Below, piece by piece: positions 35,201 through 47,200 of a DNA stretch of 64,000 nt. Below the pieces are notes generated by a model that did not search any database, was not told the origin of the DNA, and saw only the letters and a list, made by a program, of their open reading frames with translations. Where the stretch lies: assembly GCA_963514005.1 (NCBI GenBank), contig OY740798.1, positions 51,398,001 to 51,462,000 of the forward strand, in the 5' to 3' direction. A program made the translations under genes and the position numbers. How positions within the stretch are numbered: the first letter of the stretch is position 1; each line of letters starts with the position of its first letter. The DNA is from Raja brachyura. Lineage: Eukaryota.

Positions 35201-38200
35201 ATGGGACCCAAGGAGAGATAGTTGAATGGTTAGAAAATTGGCTTAATGGAAGGAAGCAGAGGGTGATGGTGGAAGGTTGCTTCTCAGATTGGAGGCCTGT
35301 GACTAGTGGTGTGCCTCTTTGTTTTGCAGGCAACTAGCAGATCAGATGTACACAGACACAAAATGCTGGAGTAACTCAATGGGTCAGGAGGCATCTCTGG
35401 ATAGAAGGAATGGGTGATGTTTCGAGTGAGACACAGATCAGATGTACCAGGCATAAATGTGTGGGGTTCCAAACAGTAAATTTGGCATATTTGCGAATTT
35501 TCCTGATAGAAGTATATAAAATTATACGTGGATAGACTATCAGCAGCTTTTTCCCAGGATGGAAAATACATATACTAGAGGGATCAGCTTTAAGATGAGA
35601 AGGGCAAATGTTGAAGATGTGTGGGGTAGGTTTTATAAACAGTGGATGGTGGGTGACTAGAATGCACGGCCAGGGGTGGTGGTGGAGGCTGACACAACAG
35701 TAATGTTTAAGAGGCTTTTGGATAGACACACGGATATGCTGGGAATGGAGGGATATGGGTTATGTGCAGTTAGCTAATGCTGTGGTTTTCAATACTCAAA
35801 TTAATTCAGATCACGGGGAAATTCTTCAAGAAGTTTAAACTTTTATTTGCAAACAAAAGTTGGTTTCCCCACATCATCAAATCACATGGAACTCTCTCCC
35901 TCCTCTTCTCCCGTTACAAACAAAGGATTGTCTCGTGTTATACCATTTTCAAATCAACATGCCCCACCCCTGTTACATTTCCATATCCAATCATTTTCTG
36001 ACATTCCCTCATCATCAGCCAATCATTTGCTCCCACTTATCTCCTCCTTCCCAATACATTTCCATTTTTGCAACTGATGTAGGTGGTCACATGACTCCCC
36101 TTTATGGCCCCTTTACTAGCCTCATGGCTTTGCATTCTTTGTTCTGAATTGCTTTATTTTAACCACGTGAAACCAAAGGAAAGTGGTCTCAATTCTCAGA
36201 GATCGTTCGTCAAAATAAGATACATGTGATACAGTGGTCACCCAATTTATATATACAAGACATTGTTCCCATTAAACCTATACATCTTGGGAAAGAATGG
36301 AGCTTCTTAAACTACAGATCTAAATACAAGGATCTAATGTATTTAATCCTAAATAAAACACAATATATTTCCCAGATTATCTCATTATAATTCATATTAT
36401 TAACTAACATTATCTTACATTACAGACTTTTAAGTATAAATTTACTCTGTCTTTGCAAACTCACAACTCCTATCTTCCCAGCACACAAGGGTCATATAAA
36501 TGTCCAACTTGATTAATGATAATGTTTTCTTGGCCAGCTCTGACTCCCTCTCCCTTTCTTGTTATCTCTAGGGGGATGGAATTCCAGCATCATCCTTGGG
36601 CCTCTTTATGGCTTTGTTTTTAAAATGACAACATTTCTCAAAGGATTGTTACATCTACAGACCCACATCTCTGTCTCAAAGACTAGTCATCTCAGGTTTG
36701 ATAAACATAAGAAATCCAACATGCAAAGATCACATATTCCTCACCCAACCACCTTTTGCCCTTCCCTTATATATTTCCTCTTATCCCAACATGAGTATAA
36801 TTGAACGTATCAAGCTTAAAACAGAATCCATTATTATTCCAGCCTTGTGATCTTGGATGTGTAAACAGTCCATAAATCTTGCGTCATGTCATTACAACAC
36901 TTCACAAGAATGTAACATCGAGAAAGAGCAACTGACCTATGACCAAATGGTCTGAGAGGCCCAGCCCCCTGCCTAATCAGACTTTTAAATACAGATTATA
37001 TAAGATACATTTAATATAGAATGGTAAATGGTAGGGAATTGAGGAATGCTGTGGAACAGAGGGATCTAGGAATAACTGTGCATAGTTCTCTGAAGGTGGA
37101 ATCGCATGTAGATAGGGTGGTAAAGAAAGCTTTTGGTGTGCTGGCCTTTATAAATCAGAGCATTGTATATAGGAGTAGGGAAGTAATGTTAAAATTGTAC
37201 AAAGCATTGGTAAGACCAATTCTGGAGTATGGTGTACAATTTTGGTCGCCTAATTATAGGAAGGATGTCAACAAAATAGAGAGAGTTCAGAGGAGATTTA
37301 CTAGAATGTTGCCTGGGTTCCAGCAACTAAGTTACAGAGAAAAGTTGAACAAGTTAGGTCTTTATTCTTTGGAGCGCAGAAGGTTAAGGGGGGACTTGAT
37401 TGAGGTCTTTAAAATGATGAAAGGGATAGACAGAGTTGACGTGGATAAGCTTTTCCCATTGAGGGTAGGAAAGATTCAAACAAGAGGGCATGACATGAGA
37501 ATTAAGGGACAGAAGTTTAGGGGTAACATGAGGGGGAACGTCTTTACTCAGAGAGTGGTGGCTGTGTGGAATAATCTTCCTGCAGAAGTGGTGAAGGCAG
37601 GATCGATTTTAACATTTAAAAGTAAAGTGGATAGGTATATGGACGGGAAGGGAATGGAGGGGTATGGTCTGAGTGCAGGTAGATGGGACTAGGGAAAAAT
37701 AAATGGTCGGCACGGACTGGAGGGGCCGAGAAGGCCTGTTTCCGTGCTGTAATTGTTATATGGTTATAGAAGATAATATTTACTATACTAATTGATGTTC
37801 TTGGCTTCATGTTCAGCACAGACATTGTGGGCTGAAGGGCCTGTTCCTGTGCTGTACAGTTCTATGATCTATGTTTCATAGTCGGCATATCACTTGGATC
37901 AAGTGATCACCCTTCTCTGTTTTTCGTGCGGATAGAACGGAAGAGTCCGGAAAATCCAAGGGTGGAGGGATTTGGTTCATGACCAACAACAACTGGTGCA
38001 ACCATAAGGATATTAAGATGCTTTCCCGTTCCTGCTCGGCGGACCTGGAGCATCTGACGATCTTATGCCGTTCATTCTACCTTCCCCGGGAGTTCAGCTG
38101 AGTCATCATAACAGCCGTCTACAATCCACCAATGCAGACACCGACGCGGCACTATCGGTCCGACATCGACGTGTTACATTGGCATCAGAACAAGCATCCT

Positions 38201-41200
38201 GACGCGGCTATGGTGGTGGCTGGGGATTTTCATAGGGAGAACCTCAAAAATATTATGCTTAACATCTGCCAACTCATCACGTGTGTCACCGGATGGAAAG
38301 AGCTTTGGACCACTGTTACACACCGTTCAGGAAAGGATACAAGGCCGTTTCCTTTTGGAAAATCTGACCACGCTGCCATTTTCCTGCTGTCGGAGTATAA
38401 ACAACAGATAGTACGGGAAGCGGCAGTGACGAGGGACGTAAAGCGGTGGTCTGACCATTCAGAGGCCATGCTACAGGATGCACTGAGTGACGTTGACTGG
38501 AATATGTTCCAAACAAGTTCCAGAGACGTCAGTGAGTTTGCGGAAGCTGTCACAGACTTCATAGCATCACGAGCCGACAACATCATCCCCACGGTAAGGG
38601 TTAGCATCTTTCCTAACCAAAAACCCTGGGTGGAAAGGTCCATCCGCGTTGCTTTGAATGCTCGCACTGAACTCCAGCCTGACATCCGGCAACATGGATG
38701 ACTACATGGCAGAGTCCTATAGACTGTGAAGGGCGGTGAAGGACACAAAAAGGAGGTACAGGGACAGGATGGAGTCACAGATGGAGCAGCGTGACACCAG
38801 ACGCTTATGGCAGGGGTTACGAACTATAACAAATTACCCGAGCAGCCCCCCCTCAACCGGGAGTGGTGGCACCTCCTTCGCTGATGACCTGAACTCTTCC
38901 TATGCACGATTTGAGGCGGCAACAACACCCCTAGCTCGCCGGCTAACAACAACATCAGCGCGCTGGCTAACACGGCTGCAGTGAGTTCCACCGCTGGGGA
39001 TGTACACACAATTTCGGTGTCCGAGCACAACATGAGGAGGGCTCTGACACGTGTGAACACGAGGAAAGCTGTAGGCCCACATGGTATATCTGGGCAAGTC
39101 TAATGTAGCTAATCAGCTAGCTCCAGTGTTCACCACAATATTCAACCTCTCCCTGGCCAAGTCCCTGGTCCCTGCCTGCTTCAAGTGATCCACTATTGTC
39201 CCATTGCCTAAGAATGCCTCTCCAGCCAGCTTGATGACTACCGACCAGTGGCCCTCACCTCAGTGGTCATGAAATGCTTCGACAGACTGATCAAGGACTA
39301 CATCTGTGCCTTCCTCCCTCGCACCATGGATCCGCTGCAGTTCGCATACCGTCCAAGCAGATCCACGGATGATGCGGTCTCCCAGGTTCTGCACACCATT
39401 CTCTCTCTCTCTCTCACCTTGACAGCCAGAAGGGGGGCTATGTGAGGATGCTGTTCATTGACTTCAGTTCAGCTTTCAACACCATAGTCCCCACCAGACT
39501 TGCTGAGAAGCTGCTGGAACTGGGACTGAACACTCCCCTGTGCCTGGGTCCTGGACTTTCTGACCGCCAGGCCCCAGGTGGTCAAGATGGGGAGACATAC
39601 CTCCAACCCCCTCACCCTGAACACAGGATCCCCCCAGGGTTGTGTCCTCAGCCCCCTACTGTACTCCCTGTACACACAGGACTGTGTGGCCAGGTTCAGC
39701 TCCAACTCTATAATCAAGTTTGCTGATGACACTGTGGTGGTGGGCCTGATCTCCGACAACGATGAGAAGGCCTACCTGCACTCTGGTGTCAGGACAACAG
39801 CCTCCTCTTGAATGTCACAAAAACTAAGGAGCTGATTGTGGACTTTAGAAGGGCACAACAACCGAGGACGTACACGCCATTGGGGATTAATGGGACCACA
39901 GTGGATAGGGTGAGCAGCTTTAAATACCTGGGAGTCCACATCACAGAGGATCTGACATGGACAACACACAATACCACGCTGGTGAGAAAGGCAAGGCAGC
40001 GCCTTTACCACCTCAGGCAGCTGAGGAAATTCAGAGTCTCTCTGAGGATCCTTCATCCCTTCTACTCTGGTGCTGTAGAAAGCATCCTGCCAGATACATC
40101 TCCATCTGGGGTTACACAAAAAGCTGGAGAAACTCAGCGGGTGCAGCAGCATCTAAGGAGCGAAGGAGATAGGCGACGTTTCGGGTCGAGACCCTTCTTC
40201 AGACTGGTCAGGGATCAGGGAAACAAGAGATATAAACAGTGATGTGGAGAGATAAGGAACAATGAGTGAAAGAAATGCAAAAAAGTATTGGTGATAAAGG
40301 AAGCAGGCCATTGTAAGCTGTTTGTGGTGTGAAAATGAGAAGCTAGTGCGACTGGGGGGGGGGGGGGGGAGATGGAGACGGAATGTCAGGGCCAGAGGGC
40401 TGAGGGAGAGGTGGGGGGGAGGCAGTCTGGGTTAACAGAATTGAGAAAATTCAATGTTTAAGCCCAGTGGATGCAGACTCCCCAAGCGGAATATGAGGTG
40501 CTGTTCCTCCAACTTGCGGTGTTGATCACTCTGGCCGTGGAGGAGGCCCAGGACCGAGAGGTCGGATACGCAGTGGGAGGGGGAGTTGAAGTGCTGAGCC
40601 ACCGGGAGGTCGGGTTGGTTATTGCGGACCGAGCGGAGGTGTTCGGTGAAACGATCGCCCAGCCTACGCTTGGTCTCACCGATGTAGATCAGCTGGCATC
40701 TGGAGCAACGGATGCAGTAGATGAGGTTGGAGGAGGTGCAGGTGAACCTCTGTCGGACTTGGAATGACTGCTTGGGTCCCTGAAAGGATTGGATGGGGGA
40801 GGTGAAGGGACAAGTGTAGCATCTCTTGCGGTTGCAAGGGAAAGTGCCCGGGGAAGGAGTGGAGCGGGAGGGAAGGGAAGCATTGACAAGGGAGTTGCGG
40901 AGGGAGCGGTCTTTGCGGAAGGCAGACAGGGGGGGAGATGGGAAGATGTGGCGAGTGGAGGGGTCACGTTGGAGGTGACGAAACTGGCGGAGGACTATCT
41001 GTTGTATGCGCTGGCTGGTGGGGTGAAAGGTGAGGACCAGGGGGACTCGGCCCTTGTTGTGAGTGGGGGAATGGGGAGAGAGGGCAGTGTTGCGGGGTAT
41101 GGAGGAGACCCTGGTGCGAGCCTCATCGATAGTGGGGGAGGGGAAACCCCGTTCTCTGAAGAACGAGGACATTTGCGATGACTCCCAGGATGACGTGTTC

Positions 41201-44200
41201 CACACCAGAATAAACTACAAACCAACTGACTCCCACAGCTACCTGGACTACTCTTCCTCCCACCCTGCTTCCTGTAAGGACACCATCCCCTATTCCCAAT
41301 TCCTCCGTCTACGCCGCATCTGCTCCCAGGATGACGTGTTCCACACCAGAATATTAACACTACATCTCCATCTGGTTTGGCAACAGCTCTGCCCAGGACA
41401 GGAAGGCTCTGCAGAGAGTAGTGTGTTCTGCCGAACACACCAGGGGAACTACACCCCCCCCCCCCCCCCCCCCACCCCTTCAGGACTTGTACACCAGGAG
41501 GTGCAGATCCAGAGCCAGCAGGATCATGAAGGACCCCTACTACCCCAGCAACGGACTGTTCCAGCAGCTGCGGTCAGGCAAGCGCCTCCGCTGTCACACT
41601 GCGAAAACAGAGAGGATGAGACGGAGTTTCTTCCCACAGGCCATTAGGACTGTAAACTCTGATCTCACCAGGGCGTAAATGTTGCGTCTACTTTTTTAAA
41701 TGTAAATACTGGTTATATTCTGTTCTTTTCTGTTGTTTTGCACAATCTGCAAGCATTGCCACTCTCATTTCACTGGACATCTTCACTTGATGTTTCAGTA
41801 AAAGCTTTACCTTCCCATTTTCCTGCACTTTGATTTTCCAGATTCATTGCTTCCCATTCACCCTCATTGGGACTAATGTAGCGGAGACATGTTGGCCGGT
41901 GTGGGCAAGGTGGGCCGAAGGGCCTGTTTCCAAGTTGTATCACTGTGTGGCTCTTTGATTATGAATGGCCAAGTTCTGCACCTATAACCTATGAACATGG
42001 AGAAAACCCGCACAGTCACAGAGAGAACGTGCAAACTCCATACAGACAGCAGCCGTGGTTTTGTGCTAATGTTTCTAAACTTGGTTTAAAACTTCATCTA
42101 ATTGTGTGTGTTGTGGGAAGAAAAGGAATCTTGTATTGGATATAATTAATCACTATAATCAATTACCTGGTGTAGTTTGTGAGCCCGTCTTGGCGATAAG
42201 TGGTGTACGGTTTGGGTCTTCAACGTCTGTTGTATATACCTGTCCTGAACAACATAAACAAGACAATTAGGCAGGAAACAAGCTGACCAGGTGCCAGTTT
42301 AAAAAGTATAAAAATACACTGATCAATTCCAGCTTTCTGGACAATATATCTTTCTCTGGAACGCCAGAGGTCGAGGGGAGATCTGATGGAAGTATATCAA
42401 ATGATGAGAGGCATAGACGGGATAGACAGTCAGAATTTTCACTTTTTTGATGATTGCTATAAGATGGAAAAGCGTTTACCTTTACATTTCTTCTTCCAGG
42501 TATAAAATGCTACGCACACAACACAGAGAACTATGCCGATGCCACAGATGCATCCAATAATCAGCCCAGTTTTTCCATGTCCTGTTAAAACAGGCAGAGA
42601 TCGATGAAAACGTGAATAATAAATATACTGGGCTATTTACAACATTCATCAGAGACACTAGAATCTGCAGATGCTGGAATCTTGATTAAAACACAAAGTG
42701 CTGGGGAAACTCAGTGGGTCAGGCAGCATCTGTGGAGGAAATGAACAGACGATGTTTAGGGTCAGGAACATCACCTCTCCATTCCTTCCACAGATGCTGC
42801 CTGACCCGTTGAGTTCCTCCAGCACTTTGATTTATGTACAATATTCCACAGAATGTATCACTAACTTATTCTACTTATCAGATTGGTTTATTCCCTGATG
42901 GAATTGGTGTAGTTCTGGTCACCCCATAACAGGAAGGATGTGGAGGCTTTGCAAAGGGTGCAGAAGAGTGCTTGCTTGGATTAGGGGTATCAGCTACACT
43001 GAGAGATTGGACAGATTTGGATTGTTTTCTTTGGAATGACGGAAGTGGATGGGAGAACTGATGGAAGTATATACGATTATGAGAGACATAGATAAGGTAG
43101 ACAGTCAGGACATTTACCCAGGGTGTAATAGTGAGAATGTGGAGAGCATAGTTTTAATGTGAGAAGAGTAAAGTTTAAACGAGATGTACAGGGCAAGTTT
43201 TTAAACAGAGAGTGGATGTCGAGACTGTACTGGTAGTATGGTGGAGGCAGATACGATAGTGGCGTTTGGGAAGTTTATAAATAGGCACATGGATATGCAG
43301 GGAATGGAGGGACATGGACCACACACAGGCAGAGGAGATTTGTTTATCTTGGCATCATGTACAACACTGTGGGCCGAAGGGCCTGCTCCTGTGCTGTACT
43401 GTTCTAGGTTCTGTACTTAACTGGTACCTATTGTGTTTACTTCCCAGGTGTCAAACAGCCGTAGCATTTAAAATTCCAAGGATTATACATATCATCTCCA
43501 TGATGCAGATTATAATTAAAGCGTAATTTGATTTCTGGGTGTTGTCAATTTAAAAAAATATAAAATTGCACAGACTTTGAATAAAAGAAGCAATAGATTG
43601 ACTTAAATGTTCAGGAATATATTAATAATCTTTGATTTGATGAATTGTATTGAATTGAATTGATTGAACAGACCCTAAATCCCACCAAGACCACGCTGAC
43701 ATTGATTACGTGTTCACACTAGTTCTATGTGATCCCACATTCTCATCTTCTCCCTACAAACTAGGGGCAATTTACAGAGGGCCAATCAACCTACAATCCT
43801 GCACGTTCTTGTGATGCTGGTGGAAACTGGAGCACCCGGAGGAAACCCACGAGGTCACAGGGAGCACGGGCAAACTCCACACAGACGGCACCCGTGGTCA
43901 GGATTGAACCGCAGTCTCTGGAGCCATGAGGCAGAAACTCTACTTGATGCAATTCTGTGCTGCCCCAGACCCTGGGAATGATCAGAGGTCCTTTATGTAC
44001 ATGTTTCTAGACATGTGGCAATCTGCAAAGTTGTATTATCTAGATTAATATTCTAGAACCTGACAACTTGTCAGACATAACCAGACAAGCATTGAACCGG
44101 TGGTGATTCAACTGTGGAACACTGCTCATTGCCCTGAATCCATTTTGCCACTGAGCCACCCACCGACTCCATTAGTGAAGCGGTTATCTCCAGAGCTGAG

Positions 44201-47200
44201 AGTCCTGATGCACTTCACATCTGACCCCTCACTTTATTCAAGGACGATGTACATCAGCGCTCATTACAAAAGGCTGACACCTCTAATTATTTAATTCTTA
44301 AATGTGTATTGAATCATGAGGGGAATAGATGGGGTGGATGCAGAGACTTTTACCCCCTCAGCACAGGGGGAATCAAGAACCAGGGGACATAGGTGAGTGG
44401 GGGAAAATTTAATAGGAAGCTGAGGGGAAACACTCACACTCAGAGGGTGGTGGGTAAATGGAACAAGCTGCCAGAGGAGGGAGTTGGGGCTGGTACTATA
44501 ACAGCATTTAAAAGATTTTTGTACAGTACATGGATAGGAAACGTTTAGAGGGATACGGGCCAAATGCTTAGATAAGTTCAAATTCATATGATTGGAGCAG
44601 AATTAGGCCATTCAGCCCATCAAGTTTACTCCACCTTTCAATTGTGGCTGATCTATCTTTCCCACCCAATCCCAATCTCCTACCTTCTCCCCATAACCCT
44701 GACACCCGCACTAATCAAGACTCTGACAATCTGTCTTAAAAATGCCCAATGACTTGGCCTCCACAGCTGTCCGTGGCAATGAATTCCACAGATTCACCAT
44801 CCTCTGACTACAGAAATTCCTCCGCATCTCCTGTCTAAAGGTGCGTCCTTTATTCTGAGGCTGTGGCCTCTGGTCCTAGATCTCCCACTGTGTTCCACTC
44901 ACCTGGCACGGTGAGAGAATGTCCTATTATGAAACCATTCAGGAACGTTTGATGTCTCACTACGCATCTGTATTCATCACCATTATCGTTCAATGTCGGG
45001 TGAATCTTCAGCTCACTCTCAGCATTGAAAGTGCGATCACCATTGGCAGTGATTTGAGTTCTATAGTTATTCGTGGAAACATTTCTTCTTCCAGTTATCT
45101 TCACCCAGGTGATGTTTATCGGTCGAGGATAAAATCCACTGACTTTGCATGTCATAGACACTTCTGGACCTTTCTCATTTGTGATGGACTGTGTCGATAA
45201 ACTAACGTTTGGTCGAGCTGCATTAAAAAATGTACATTTAAATATTAGAGGAAGTGACTGCAGGTGCTGGAGATAGAAAACAAAAGCAGACAACACTGGA
45301 AGCACTAAGCAGGTCCAAAAACATTGGCAGGGTATGGAACAGGGTCATTTCTTCAGGCTGGTGTCTCTTCAATAGAGTTAGGAATGCTAGAACCAATAGC
45401 ATCTGAAGACATTAATATGATAAAGTAGGCACATGGTGTGCTTGCATTCATTGGTTGGGGCATTGAGTATAAGAGTCAGGAAGTCATGATTCAGCTTCAT
45501 AGGACTTTGTTTCACCTGCATTTAGACTGTTGTGGGCAGTTCTGTTTCAGTTCAATTTAGTTTATTGTCACATGTAATGAGGTACATAAAATGCTTTGGT
45601 TGCGTGCTAACCAGTGAGTGGAAAGACGATACATGATTACAACCAAACCATTCACAGTGTACAGATGCATGATAAGGGACTTACGCTTAGTGCAAAATAA
45701 AGCCAGTAAAGTCCGATTAAAGATAGTCCAAAGGTCACGAATGAAGTAGAGAGTAGTTCAGGACTGCCCTCTACTTGTGATAGGATGGTTCTGCTGCCTG
45801 ATAATAGCTGGCAAGAAACTGTCCCTGAATCTGGAGGTGTGCGTTTTCACACTTCTGGTCACCCCATTACAGGAAGGGTCTGGAGGTTTTGGAAAGGATG
45901 CAGAGGAGGTTTACCAGAATGGATGGATTAGAGGGCATTAGCTACAGGGAGAGTTTGGACAGACTTGGATTGTTTTCTCTGGAATGCCAGAGGTTGTAGA
46001 AAGACCTGATTGAAGTATATCAAATTATGAGAGGCGCAGGTGGGGAAGACAGTCAGAACCATTTTCCCAGGATGAAAATATCAAATACTAGAAGCCGCTG
46101 CTTTAAGGTGAGAGGAGCAAAGTTTAAAGGAGATGTGTGGGGCAAGTTTTGTTACACAGAGGGTGGTAGATGCCTGGAATGCACTTTAACAGGGGTGGTG
46201 GTGGAGGCAGATACAATAGTGACATTTAGGAGACTTTATGATAGGCACATCCAAAAACATCCCCTACAACTCCCACCAACTTCTACAGATACACTGTGGG
46301 AAGCATTTTATCGCCTTGTTTGGGAACAGCTGGAACCAAGACTGCACGATATTGCAGCGAATTGTGGACACAACTCAGACCATCAAACAAACCAACCTCC
46401 CTTCCATTGACTCCATTTATATCACATTGCCTCGGCAAGGCCAGCAGCATAATCAAGGACGAGTCGCACCCTGGCCACTCCCTCTTCTCCCCTCTCCCAT
46501 CAGACAAAGGATATAGAAGTGTGAAAACACACACCTCCAGATTCAGGGACAGTTTCTTCCCAGCTGTTATCAGGCAACTGAACCATCCTATCATTAACTA
46601 GAGAACAGTGCTGAACTACTATCTACCTCTTTGATGATCCACGGACTATCTTTGATTGGACTTCACTGGCTTTATCTTGCACTGAACGTTATTCTCTGAT
46701 CATGTATCTGTTGTTGTTGTTTGTCCTTTGTAGTCGAAGAAGACCATGACTTCAGTGTTTTTGTTTGTGGGTCTGGAGGTGACTGGTGAGTCCGATCCGG
46801 GCCCAGAAGGCTCGCCCGCATATGGGACACAGCTGGTGGGTGCCACAGTAGAAGCCAAAGTGGCCCGAGCCCCGTGCGCGGCGCGTTCCCTTTGTGCTTC
46901 TGCGGCGCGCCCCTTCCCAGCTGCACGCGTCCCGTGGTGATCCTGCTTCACCCAGTTGTACACGATGAATGGCTCAATTGTAATTGTCTTTCCACTGATT
47001 GGTTAGCATACAACAAAAACAACAACATGCACATCTTGATATGACAATAAACTAAATCTGCTGCACTGATAAACACATGGATATGCAGGGAATGGAGGGA
47101 TATGGATTACACATAAGTGCAGGTAGATAAGAGAGGGTCTTGGCATTATGTTAAAAACAGACATTGTGGGCTGAATAGCTTGCACCTGCGCTGTTCAGTT

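Larger units (their letters stand above)
37879..41789 (+). mobile_element. Rex1/Babar LINE (APE and RT, frameshifted) with 8-bp TSD ATGTTTCA, interrupted by Penelope
   Basis: [46 protein letters not shown] at 37871-37878 and 41790-41797. Confidence 0.88.

Noticed and set aside
41811-41874. Fifth repeat exon as a functional exon
   Set aside because: The native acceptor is lost. The nearest AG gives phase 2 and lacks a pyrimidine tract.
42220-42244. QVYTTDV as an ITIM/ITSM
   Set aside because: It does not fit (I/V/L/S)xYxx(L/V) or TxYxx(V/I).
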